Positions 32,275 through 44,368 of a stretch of 64,000 bases of DNA are shown here, in pieces. A program made the translations under genes and the position numbers. Under the pieces are notes generated by a model. The model saw only the letters and a program-made list of their open reading frames with translations. It did not search any database and was not told the DNA's origin. Every line of letters starts with the position of its first letter. Position 1 is the first letter of the stretch. This DNA comes from Carpediemonas membranifera BICM (lineage: Eukaryota; Protista; Fornicata): contig JAHDYR010000008.1 of the NCBI GenBank assembly GCA_019828565.1, positions 310,001 through 374,000 on the forward strand, in the 5' to 3' direction.

Positions 32275-32449
32275 GGCTAGGACAGCTAGCTGGCGTTACA
32301 TCGCGCTGACAGGTTACCTCGGGTAACGGGCCGTGAGCGGAGGGCAATGAGATCGCCTCGCTCCGGCATGGTGATGCGCCGACCAGGCGAGCCGCGCAGT
32401 TTATGCGGGCAGAATGGTAGAAAATTCGGAACATCCAGATCCGACGGCA
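32275..32449 (+). repeat. Split direct repeat A (175 bp; also 49099-49273 and 52777-52951)
   Basis: Identical copies, ggctaggacagctagc...gatccgacggca; includes the first 12 codons of ORF1. Confidence 0.95.
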
Positions 32450-32743
32450 ACGAGGCTCAATAACCTAGAAGCCTCAATCGCTACCATCTCGCAACAGCTT
32501 GCAAAGCTTAATCCGCCTCCTCCGCCGCCCGAGACCGAGCCGCCGAAGAAATCTCAAATTGATTTCTTCCCTGAACAAGATGAAGCGGATATTGACCAAA
32601 CACTGGCAGAGATGGATGCATACGGCGAGCTTCCGACAAAGAGACCACTTAAGGCGGAAGCAAAGTGGCTTCGCCGCGTGATGGTGATCGTCAACGCCCT
32701 CGACGACGAGCCGCTCAAAGCAAGACTCCAAATTTTCCGCACC

Positions 32744-35700
32744 ATGGGCAAAAGTAGTTCTGGCTACAGAGGCCCAATCTTAGCGAAAGACACTGGTCCG
32801 CAACCACAAAGTACCACTGCTGCTCAAAGCAGTATCGCCGACCAACGCTTCCTGACGAGGAAGCACCTCAAATATGTTTCATCCGCCCCTCCTGTCCTCA
32901 AAAGACAACTACTAGCAGGCATTGCCTTTATTGGGGACCCCGTAATCATCCATCCCTTCAAAACTGAGCTTGCAACACACTCATCGACGGGCAATTTCGT
33001 CTCGGTGGCAATCCCAAACCTAAAACGGGACAACGCCCGCTATAAGCGGGCTAAGGATGCCTGTAATGACCTACTCCAAGATGCTGAGCACCTTGCAGCT
33101 GCATTTGGGCTCTCCATCCGGGAAGGTATCCTCAAACTCTTTCCCCTCATTGCCTATGATCTTGTCCACACGGTTGGAACGCTTAAGGCTGCCCTAATCC
33201 ACTGCAGGTTCACGGGACTCCCCCCAGCTAGCAGCATGGACTGGAGCAAGTTCGCAGATTTCATCTCCGCCAGATGCCCTACAGTGTTAGACCAACGGAA
33301 CGATCCTTGGCCTCCAACCATATCCACTGTCCCGAACTCTCCGAGCCTGACATGGCAGGCAGTCGGTCAAAGAGAGCCTCTTGGTCCCCGCATCGCTCAC
33401 TCCGGCCGGCCCGGCCCCATTGTATCTCCGGATGGTCTCAACCTCACGCCGTTCATGGGCCTCGAGGTAATCCACTTACTGTATGGCGCCTCTCCCGTGT
33501 TGGGAGGACATGCGATGACTGAGCTTTATGCCGAATGGGGTGGAGCCACAGCGGCCGACCTTCAGTCTTCCTTATCGAATACCTTATCAGACAGCCTTAT
33601 CTCTCCCATTCGCCGGAAGGCCTATCCAGTCGATGACTCTACTATATCCATAAGTTCCTGTTCAAACTCTGATGTTGAGCTCGCAAGCCCGATCCCTGTT
33701 AGCGTGGAAGAGGTTGCGCGGCAGATTCGGAAAGAAATATCGTCTTGCGAAGAGAACAGCATTTATCCATCATCCCCGATCGTAGCTGAGGAGCCTAACG
33801 CCCGTTGGGGCCCTCTCATGAGCATCCCAGTTCACGCCGACGGCAACTGTGGCCTTCACTCACTTGCTGTCTCTCTGGGTATGACGGGCCTGACGAGACG
33901 AGAAGCCGTGTCGAAACTTGCCTCCGCCATCCAGAATGGTACAGTGGATCTTAACTCCTCGTGGAGATCCACGGTGCGCACTTTAACCACACACACCACC
34001 GCTAGCGACATTGGTAGTGCCTTCCTATCCACCACAGACCTCCGCAATATTGCATCGCTCTTTGGAAAAAATGTGCTTATTGCTCATCGATATGATGCCA
34101 ACACAGTCTCAGTAACCATCCCAGCATTATCCGAGTTCTCTACACTTCCTCTCAATATTGACGCGCTCAAAACGATGCTCAAAACCGATTACATCCTCAT
34201 TAGACTGAGTGCTCTGCACTTCACGCCTCTTTTTCCGTCTGTGAGGAGCGCAGAAGCAAGGCGCCTGCAATATGCTGAATATCGTCCAAGAAGAGCCCCC
34301 TCTAGTGTGGCTCGCAACAACATCGCCGCTGAAGGCCTCGATAGCGCCCCCTCTAGTGTGGCCCGCAACAACATCGCCGCTGAAGGCCTCGATAGCGCCC
34401 CCTCTAGTGTGGCCCGCAACAACATCGCCGCTGAAGGCCTCGATAGCGCCCCCTCTAGTGTGGCCCGCAACAACCGTGATGGCGTCCATGGCGCTCTCAT
34501 AGGCTTGTCTGGCAAGAGAGAGGGTCCTGTTTCTCATATCCTAGTGGTCGACTTTGAAGGACTAGGAACTGCCGTAGACCGCAGAGCCACCAAACAGAGT
34601 CGCGTCTCATATCCCGTAGAGGCCGGCGCCACACTCCTAGCCCGCGTCAAGGATCCTGAAACGGGGATAATGATGTGGGACGTCGCAGGGGTCCACTGGG
34701 GCGGCTTAGAAGTTGATATCCCAGCGCAGTTAATGCAGACAGCTTTATACCAAGCGGCAGTTGTTCATGGGTGTCCTCCCATGAGCTTCAGAGTACACCC
34801 CGACCACCCCGGGATCTCATTCCCCAGCCCGACCGACTGGCTTCACCACCTCACGGTCATAGTGAGCTCCCTCCCGAACTGCATCATGGTCGCCAAAGAC
34901 CCGAGACTTGAGAACTCCGTCCTAGAGTCATGGGTCTCGGAAAGCGATGCCCCCTTCCTTGACAAGGTCTATGACATAAGTGATCTAGAGTCCATAGACA
35001 AAAGATCCTTTGGGCATATCCATGACTACTGCCGTTCACCCGAGTTCTCTGAGGCGATGTCGATAGCCCAATGTCTCACAATGGTGAAGTGCCCCTGCCC
35101 GTACCACATTGGAACAGATCCAGGCTACCATTGTGCTCTCAGTGACACTGTAGCTTTCGCGGCGGTACTGCACACAGTCTCATGTCTCGACCGAACATCT
35201 AGGGGAGCTATCACATCCACGTACTCTGAAATCACTGATGCATGGAGGAAAGACTTGGATGTCCTCATCGGCAACTGGTCCTCTCTCCTGCCCGACCTGG
35301 CCGTGCTACTACTCCAAGACCTCCACCTGCCAACGCTTGAGGAGCTGCACCACATCCTCAAGGAGTACGTAATAGCACCTAAGGGTGGCTGCTCCTTCCC
35401 CACAGGTGATAGGGCCAGACAGGCTATGACGTGCCGTCAATTTATTGCAGTGCGGAGCCCAGCTCGGCGAGGGTGGGAATGGTTTGATCCTCTTGCCAAG
35501 ATGATAGCGGTGGCGGATGCGGCAGGCATAGTCCCTCCAAACAGCCTAGAACAGCCATTCATCAGGATAGCGACGGTGAATAACGACAGCTCCTTCAGCA
35601 ATCAGTTGACGGCTCAGCAAGTTTACTGGGAGTGCCCTCCTCACCGAGACCTACCGCAATCTGCTGCAGAGCTTCTGGCTCTCAACGTTCCTCCCTCGGC

Positions 35701-38700
35701 AGACAACTCCAAAGGAGTAGTCAAGAGGTCCTACAGAGCGCCGGATCATTGGTTTCTAGTCCCGAGAATCCCCAACAAGCCAGTGCGAGGGCTCCGCAAA
35801 GTCAGACTGAGAGGGCCCATGACTCGAGGAGACATGGATGCCCTCATACAGAAGGCAGAAACAGCATGGGTCAGCGAAGCGTGGGACCTTTCTCCGGTGT
35901 TCAAAGCTCTCCAGAGTGCCCGAGCTCACGACGGTAACTGGAGTAAGGTTGAGCCACCGGCTTCTTCCACGCCAGCTCCAAGCTTAGCCACGCGAGTCTC
36001 GCCTGCGACCTTCAGGAATCAGAGAGGGCGAAGTCAAGCAGGTAGACGACCAGTAAATGGTCACCTCTACTCGTGGAATTGCACATCACTCAACATCACC
36101 AAGATGACTCTTGCTCTAGTACAAGACGTGGACATCATGGCCATTCAGGAGCTATGGTGGTGGGCCCAGTCCCCGGAGCTGCCCACAACGAATGACAAGG
36201 TCCTGCTATACCACGGAGTGATCAAGTCAGAGTCCGAGACAAAGCATCTAGGCGTAGGCATCATGCTGAGGAAGGAATTAGCTGAGCTCTGCACATACGT
36301 CGAGAACCAACCCCACTCTCCAAGGTTGATTCAAGCTGACCTAGGCTGCGTGTTTGTAACAGCTGGCAAACTGAAGGTCCGTGTCATGTCCATCTATAGT
36401 CCATGCACGGGAGCACAAGCCAAGAAAGAGTTCCACACTCTACTGTCCTCCGAGGTGAAGAAAGCTATTGAGCAAGGGCTCCAAGTTCTTGTCATGGGAG
36501 ACTTCAACACGAACCTACTAGATCCATCGACGCTGTGGGCTACCACCCTAAAGGAGTGTGGCTTGAGACTGGTAGTGCCCGACGGCCCGACCTTCATGGA
36601 CAGAGTAATTGATGGCATCGCAGCAACACCTAAGCTGGCTGATCTCATCAAGAAGCCGCTCACAGTATCCCTTGAACCCAAAGGACACAGAGCGGTTGTA
36701 GCAAGATCAGGCATAACGGGTTACTTTCGCACGAGGAGCAAGGCAACAGCAGTCCTCAACGAAAGACATGTGGCTAACGTACTTGAATGCAGCAAGGATC
36801 ATCGAAAGGCGAGGACTCTCCTGAGGAACATCAGCCACCTTGATGTCGACCAAGCCTTTCAAAGCCTGACGTCGACTATCAACCGATGGGCGTTGGTGGA
36901 CACTGCGGCCTCACATGAAGTGAGAGAAGTCGAGAGAGCAGAAGACTACGACCACTGGTTTGTCGCCGGAGAGCAGATCGGTATTTCCCCTGAACGGCTC
37001 TATGAGCTCATCATTGAGGATCATCGCCACCAACATCAGCTCAAGGAGAGGACGAGCAGAGGCCCCAAAGCTCTCGTGTGCTCTGAGCTATCATCAGCAA
37101 TGCTATCAGTAGCGTTAGCATCCTCGGAGAGCCACGCCCACTCAACACTCAAAGCCTACCATGCCCGAGCCAAGCGAGTCTCTGAGAGCATGGATGTCAT
37201 GTCCCCTGAATTCTTTAGATACGTCCATTGGAAGCTTTTTGAAGGGGCAGGCCAGAGTGTCTGGTCTTCGCAGAGACCTGGAAGGCTTACTCAGAGGACC
37301 CGGCCTTCCTGCTACCACCACAGTAGGAGGCAGAGTGATCACCAACCGAGAAGAAGTAGCCAAGGCCTTCGAGGAGTGGTATGCGTCAGTATCATATGTG
37401 GCAGGAGCAGTAGAACCATCCATCTCTCGCCCCGATATAGAGCTCGAAATCACGGACACTCTCCTGGAAGGGGCTCTCAAATCTGCCAAGAATAGATCAG
37501 CCCCAGGCAGTGATGGACTAACCCCGGCAATTTTCAAATATTGCCCAGTCCTCAAGGAGGCGCTCAAGACTCTGCTACAGAAGTGCATTGACCAACTCAA
37601 GACCCCAGCAGAGTGGCATACCGCCGTGGTAATTCCATTGAAAAAGCCCGGCTCTACTAGCGATGCTCCTGTGGCGTTCAGACCTATCTCCCTACTTTCC
37701 ACAGCCCACAAGGTGCTCGGCACAATGATGATCCGCACGATTGACCGAGACAACCCTCTTCCCCCTGAACAATACGGTGCAAGGCCGGGTGTTTCATCGG
37801 TTGATGCACTATGGGCTATTGAGCACGCGAGACGTGGGTTCAAAGCGACCCACATTGGGACTCTGGACGTGGCTAAGGCCTTTGACCGTGTCCCGAGGAG
37901 AGATGCATTGGACTCGTTGAGGGGGAACAGAAGGGCCATTGAGATGTTGAAGGAGATGCATTTGCACACAAGGATCTCTATGCGAGGTAGCAGCACTAGC
38001 GCCGCTACCAACACAGGAGTACGGCAAGGATGCACCACTGCTCCCTTCATCTTCACAAGATACCTTGCGGAAGTCCCTCACATCATTGCAAGCTTAACTG
38101 CTCTAGGGAAGGAAGCAATTGAGAAGCTTCCTCCCGACATAGAGACCCTGAGACGAGTGGCAGCAAGGCCGTGCGTTCCCTGGATTGTCACAGTCCTGTT
38201 CGTTGATGACATTACAATAGTAGCTCCCTCCCTTAAGTGGTTGGAGGCAGCACTTACGGCGGCATGGACATGCATGCTAGCGCTATCCTTGGAGCCCAAC
38301 GATAAGACCACCTATGTCTCAGAGGACGACACCCCCTCCCTCACCATCCATGGCAATCCAGTCATTAAGAGAGACGCGGTCAAGCTCCTAGGGGTCCTCT
38401 TCGATACGTCCCGAGACTTCTCCACCCAGAATAGGACTATGGGCGAAAGGATAGACAGAGAGCTACGACTACTGAGAGCTAGCGGCGTGATGCACTCCAA
38501 GTTCTGTCCTCGCATTGTAGAGGTCTACACCCTCCCCAAGCTGCTGTACGGGTGGAGCGTCTGGGCTAATCATAAGGCTGTCTCCCAGGTAGGCAAGCTT
38601 GCATCGGCAGCCCTAAGGATCAGCCCAACTGCATCGGAGGCGAAGTACCTGGAGCTAGGCTGGCTGCATCCAGAGGCAATGCTCCTGCTGGACAGATTCA

Positions 38701-39342
38701 AGCAAGGGGGTGAGATGGGCGAGAATCCATCCGGGCAAGGATCTCCCAGACTGCATTGCTGAGGCACAAGGCAGCCTTGGCCTGTCCCACTCCGACAGCC
38801 TTGACCTAGCAGCCTGTCGAGCAGCCCAGCTCTCTCACGACATAATCTGCCGTGGTAACAAAGTGGCTGTCAGGAGATACGTCACGGAGTCGGCACTCAC
38901 CCGCCCTTTTACCCGCTCTAACTACCCGGCCAGGCAGCCATACCTCGACCATCTAACGGCTGGGCCAGCGAAGCGCCTCGCGATGCTACGGCTATCGTGT
39001 CTACCAATGCCAACGAGAGGGGCTCTTCCTGACGCGTGGCAGCCGGTCAGGGGAATCCTACAGGACCTGAAGGATGAACCGGAAGCCGCCGCAGCTCTTG
39101 AGGCATGTCCTCTCTGTCAGGGTGAGGCCATCGCCGCGGCTGTGATTGAGATCCTGACGTCCCCTACCAAGACCTTAGCAGTGCTGAGATCCAGGACGTG
39201 GGTTGTCCTGAACCAGACCCACTTGGCTAAGTGCGACCACTTCAAGATTAACCCCATCCTCCTTTTCAAGGACCCCCTGACCCTGAGCAGGCGTGACGAC
39301 GCCAAGCTCACACATATGTTGAGTGTACTTTGTGACGCGTGA
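32744..39342 (+). CDS. LINE polyprotein: OTU protease - repeats - DEDDh exonuclease - APE - RT - C-terminal Zn knuckle (about 2200 aa after correcting two homopolymer frameshifts)
   Basis: ADGNCG...LHF; VDFEG...HCALSD; SWNCTSL, AIQE, MGDFN; SAPGSDG, FRPISLL, DVAKAFD, GVRQG, FVDD; CPLC...HLAKC. Frameshifts at the T-run near 37240 and the G-run near 38710. Confidence 0.9.
34295..34474 (+). repeat. In-frame 51-bp tandem repeat x3.5 (APSSVARNNIAAEGLDS)
   Basis: Three full near-identical units plus a 27-bp partial unit. Confidence 0.97.
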
Positions 39343-39968
39343 CTGGTAGGTTCCCTCGCTTACATAGGAAAACGCCACCGTCCTCCCCGGTCTCAGGACC
39401 TCCTCGATCATCGTCCTGAGGGAGCCCCATCGGGCTCGGAGCACAGAGTCCCGCAGCGCCAAGAGCTGGAAGTTGTGAGCTGGCCGACCCGCGTGGGTCA
39501 TCTTTTTACCCTTCTTCGAAGGGGTTTTAGGCCCTCCTCTCCCTGCAGCTTCAGAACAGTACTCTTGGGCGCCGCAGCTCTGGCTTCCAATGTTATGAGA
39601 ACCGTTGCCCTCCTGCGGCTGATCACCGCTCGTCTGGCTCGGGTTGTGGCCAGTGCCTGGAGGTGGACACCCCGGCACTGTATCAAAAAATAAACTCAAA
39701 AACTCAAAACTCAAAAAGCAAGACTCCTGGTGGAACTCCAAGCACGCCGTACCCTTCTGGACCTCAAGGACGACAACTGGTCGGACGCAACCTGCGAACT
39801 GTTTCTCGACTTGTTCAACACGTCCCAGACCAAAACCCCCCGTGCCATCTCCTACTGCGCAGCCAAAGCCAGAGCCAAGGGTAAGAGAAAGGACCAGCCC
39901 CAGAACAAAGGGGGGTTTCACAAGAAGCACAAGAAGTAGCCCTTGCCACAGATGTTCAGTTCCCGTCA

Positions 39969-41986
39969 ATGAACAAAAAGTGGCCGGTGTGGGCAAGACT
40001 CGGTGCCTCCCCCGAGGTAGTAAGCTGGCTGCGGGATGGCGTCCCTATCCACCTCACCTCTGCGCCCCCTCCACCAGAACCGCAAAGGCGAGTGGACCCC
40101 CGCCTACTCCCGAAGATCGAAGAGCTAGTCGCCAAGGGCGTCCTCTCCCCGTGCCCGATAGACGAACTGCGTCACAGCGCACCCCTGTTCGCGGTGTCGA
40201 AGGGCAAAGACGATGTCCGCCCCGTGCACGACCTCCGAGCCCTGAACGAGTTGACAGCAGAGCTGAGGGTGTTTCGTCTGTTCGGCATCAGACGGGCGGT
40301 CCGCAATCTCCACAAGAACGACTACATGATCAAGATAGACCTAGCATCGGGATACCACCAACTTGGCGTCGCCTCGCGAGACTCCCCCCTCCTAGGCGTG
40401 GTCCTACCGGACGGCCGCGCATTCAGGTACAACACACTCGGCTTCGGATGGACAGCGGCGCCGTACGTGTTCCAGAGCACGACCATACAGCTTGCAAAGA
40501 TCATCGCACACAGGTTCGGGGTGACCATCGCGGTCTATCTCGACGACTTCTTAGTGTCCCATGCCTCCCCATCGTACCTAGCTTCGGTCACCCCGCAGAT
40601 CATCGACCTCATGCTATCGCTGGGGGCGATACCGGGCCTCAACAAGTGCGTCCTCACGCCGACCCAGCAGGTAGACTACCTAGGTGTCCACATAGACACC
40701 GCAAGCGAGTCCCTAAGAATCTCAAAAGACAAGGCCGAGGCCTACACGGCCACGATCTCCAAGGCCCTCCGGGTCGGGTCCATCACAGCTTCAGACTGGC
40801 AGAAGCTCCTAGGCCGTCTGTCATTCTTCGCAGGGACCACACAGTTCGCCCGCCTCGCACTCAGACCACTGCAGGCCACCCCTACGACGGAGACCGTCCA
40901 CCTCTCCAGCCAAATCCGCAGGCAGCTGGCGGCGTGGCAAGTCCTCCTCCGCGATCGCCCACCCAAGAGGTTCGCCGAAGCAAGAGCGGACTGGGAAATA
41001 CGCGATACGCTCCAGATTTCTGTCACCTCAGACGCATCAACGTCCGGCTGGGGAGCATGCCTGTTCAATGGGGAGAAGGGAGCGGCATCACAGGGTGCCT
41101 TCCCCCCTCATCTCAAGGGGGAACACATTGGCGTCAAGGAGCTCTTCGCGATCGCTCAGGCGATCAATCTCGTGCCCCAGCAGGAGTCACGCTCCTCTCT
41201 CACAGTCTTTGCCGACAACTCAGCTGCCATCAGCTGGGTAAACAGACGGGGATCGCCGAACCTCCCCCAGCCGCACACCAGATCCTACAGGACATCTACA
41301 ACACGGCAGAAACCAAGCGCCTCGACGTCCACTGCTTCCATATTGCCGGACACCTGAATGTCCAGGCGGACAGGCTCTCCAGGTTCGCCAAGCTCGACTG
41401 GTCGTCACCCCGAGAAGTCTTGGAAACCATCATGCGCAAGTGGGGGCCGGTCGAGATCGACGTCACAGCACGCCCCGACAAGGTTCTGGCCTTACCAGGC
41501 TTTGCAGAAATAGCCTGGTCAATCCACGACAACGGCTTCCAGATGGACTGGAGGGGAGTCAGGATTTATATAGCTCCTCCTATAGCCCTTCTTGGAGTGA
41601 CGTGTCGTCGCCTCCAGACAATACGCGCCTCGACCCAGACTGGGAACCCTCGACACTGGAGATCAGCGGCGATAGTCCTGTGCCCGGACCTCAACTCGCC
41701 CGAGGTCCGAGCCATCAAACGTTTGACACCCCTCAAGTTGTACCTCAGAGTCCAGGCGAAACACCTCCTGCAGTCCGAGCTAGCCTGGACAGCGACAGAC
41801 AAGGGCAAGATCCGCTTCGTGGCGCTTATCCTGAAAACCCGTTCCAAGCCCTCCTCGCTGACGACCGACTATCACATTTCAGAAACGAATCGTCGCGCCG
41901 CACAGCAGCGGGCTGGGTCGCCAAATTCCTCCAATCCCGCAACGCGAGCCACTCACACGCGCAACAGCTCAAAGAGTTCCTTCTGA
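39969..41986 (+). CDS. DIRS copy 1 RT-RNaseH-methyltransferase-like ORF (one frameshift near 41265)
   Basis: KIDLASGYHQ, YLDDFL, SDASTSGWG, HIGVKEL, ADN, N..ADRLSR, then Dam-like DW..P...GPVEID...DW....YIAPP. Confidence 0.92.
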
Positions 41987-42314
41987 CCGAGGGTACCACG
42001 TCGGGCCCACAGTCGATACACAGGAAAGGCTACTGGATTTGCGAGGCCGCCCCACTCGTGTCTGACTGGCGCCCCCCGATCGCTGCCAAGCAGATAATCG
42101 CCGCCGCCCGGAACGTCGCCTCTGTAGAAGGCCTGACCGGGGGTGCGAAGCCTGTCACGTCCGCGAGAGTCCGCAGGGTCATAGACAGACGTCGGAAGTC
42201 ACCCCAAGCCTTCCAGGCCGCCCTCTTTTCTGCTCTCTGCTTTATCACCGTGAGTAGAGGCGCAGAGATCTTTGGGCTCAGACGAAGAGACGTCGAGTTC
42301 GACGCTGATGGCAA

Positions 42315-42435
42315 TGTAGTCCGTTAGGGACAAGAAAGCTTTACAGGGAAAAGAGACGACACCAAATGTGTCGACAGAAACCTGAAGACGATGTAAATAA
42401 TACAACTATGTAAATATTGGGTAAGACCCACGACA
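42315..42435 (-). repeat. 3' LTR
   Basis: Identical to 48338-48458. Confidence 0.97.
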
Positions 42436-43086
42436 CCGCCCCTCCATGGACCCCAAAGGGGCCATGGCCTCAGGCGTATGCCACTCGAACGAATGTGCGA
42501 TGAGGGACTTAGCCAGTCCCGAGACCTCCGATGCCACTCATTGGTCTACGAGACTCTGTACCATGGCAGGGTACAGGGTGAATGCCTTGTTCAAGTCGGG
42601 AGCCAGAATTAGCGGGGTGAATCTGAAAGATTCGGAAAATATCTGCGGATCTCAAAATCCTATCGTGGTACCACTTGTTAGCGCGCTGTGTAATTAGAAT
42701 GATCTTACGTGAGGCATTCCGCCCCTCCACGGTCGTAAAACGGCCGTTTGAATATTGATTAGATCAAATGAGCGCCTAAAACTGCTCACTGTGATGATCT
42801 TTGTGTTTCTCTTGGTATGTACTTCACGTCGCCGTCCTTATTACATAGAGATCGAAAAACGTCATTAGAAGCCTCAATTCGGCTTCGTTCGCGAGTTCTC
42901 GCGTTTTTTTGCTCTCGACGGTGCGACGTTCTCTCTCGCGGCTGCAAAAGGCCGCGTTCATCCCTAATAACATCAATCGGGCTTGAATTAGCCGTAAAAC
43001 AGTGTCTTTCAGGTTCCATTGAGGTTGGTTGCTACTTCTTTCGAGTTGTTGTTTTCTCAGTGAAAACGGGAAGTGACGAACGAGCA

Positions 43087-44335
43087 ATGTCCGACGTACG
43101 TGAGCAGATTACGCAGATGCTGGCGCTATTTGATGAGGAGAAAGCCCGAAAGGCCTTCAAACGCTTCTTGAACCGCTATCTCGATCGTGCCCGTTTTTTT
43201 CAACTCAGCCAGCGACTACCACGCTTTGTTCAGCGCACCTGCTCCTACAAACGTGACATCTATCCGGGACACCTCTACTGAGAGCGTTACGAGTGCTCCG
43301 GTCACTTCTTGTGTGCGTTCGCCGACGCCGGGCGGTGACGAAAGCCCGGAGGAGGCTGAGACGGTGAGTTGTGATGCTGGCTCTCCACGTGAGAACCGTG
43401 GTGACTCGTGCGAGGCCGAGACCGCTCGTAGCGATGATGAATCCCGGCCGACGGGTCACGGCGACTCGGGGTCGGGGAGTGAGGAAACCGAGGTCTCGCC
43501 GCTCTTCTCTCTGGAGGAGATGATCACCGCTGTTGCCGCAGAGGGCGTGAGTTACATCACTCTAGACATGTCTGGTACCTTGCGGGCGCTCCGCGCCGGG
43601 ATGCTCAACTCATATGGGCATCTCGCCGCAACGGAGAACTCTTCTTCCGTTGCGCGTGACATCTGTCGCGATGGTCTCGTGTTGCTGGCGCTATCGCGCG
43701 AGTACCACACTCGGGCTATGTGTGGTCGGCCTGGCGATCCCACCGATCAGGATCTGGTGGCTTTGCACCTCTGCCGCCTCGACGCGACCTCGCGTACGCT
43801 CTGTCATCAGGGTTTGCGCGAGCGTATTCAGCTTCTCTCGGGGCGTGGTTACACCGTCATGACCCCTCATCTGCGCCGCGCCATAATGTTAGGTAATGAC
43901 CCAGACCTGTATGACATGATGGTCGTGGGCCATGCGCAGGGCATCCTAGACGCTGCTGACGTGCGAGAGTTCAGCCGCCAATACATTGAAGCAATCCGGA
44001 CCCCCACTGGTTTCGGTCATGTGCGCCACTCTTTGATGGACAACTTCCTGTTCGATGTCCCCAGCAATGACGTCCTGCCCGTCGCGCTCGATCATAACGA
44101 GCCACGTCGTGTGTATGTGCTTGAGGCAATCGTTGGCCACCATCTGCATGAGAATTCCCTGCGTCTGCTCGTGCACTATGCTCGACGCGAGTACAGCTCG
44201 ATTATCCTGGCAACCGAGGCAATCCGTGATAGTCAGGCTGGGGTCAAGTTCTTTGCTGCTCATCCCGAGCTAGTTCGCTATTGTACCCGGTCTGAGGACG
44301 CGAACGGTGCTCTCAGCGGGGGTGTTTTGGAGTGA
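43087..44335 (+). CDS. Antisense accessory ORF of the Gypsy element (about 415 aa after one T-run correction near 43195)
   Basis: MSDVREQITQML... joins the 382-codon ORF; C-terminal YVLEAIVGHH....LRLLVHY is chromo-like. Confidence 0.65.
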
Positions 44336-44368
44336 GATAAAGGTTTGGATTGAGTAGCTGCTGAAGGT

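Larger units (their letters stand above)
32730..39714 (+). mobile_element. Apparently full-length APE-type non-LTR retrotransposon (LINE), about 7.0 kb
   Basis: 13-bp TSD aaagcaagactcc (32717-32729 / 39715-39727); 3' tail of ctcaaaa repeats; intact target seen in DIRS copy 2. Confidence 0.95.

Noticed and set aside
32275-32449. Hammerhead ribozyme in the DIRS repeats
   Set aside because: Hairpins are present, but I could not find the CUGANGA/GAAA core in a correct three-stem context
34295-34474. CRISPR-like tandem repeat
   Set aside because: Contiguous in-frame coding minisatellite without unique spacers
32414-37495. 1693-aa ORF as one native gene
   Set aside because: Chimera of DIRS ORF1 and the LINE ORF, cut short by a homopolymer frameshift; the TSD shows the junction
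39644-41260. Long Arg/Pro-rich alternative-frame ORF over DIRS RT (also 49668-50930)
   Set aside because: Only the C-terminal part of these ORF calls is real pol sequence after the frameshift; the upstream part has no recognisable features, although DIRS elements do use overlapping frames
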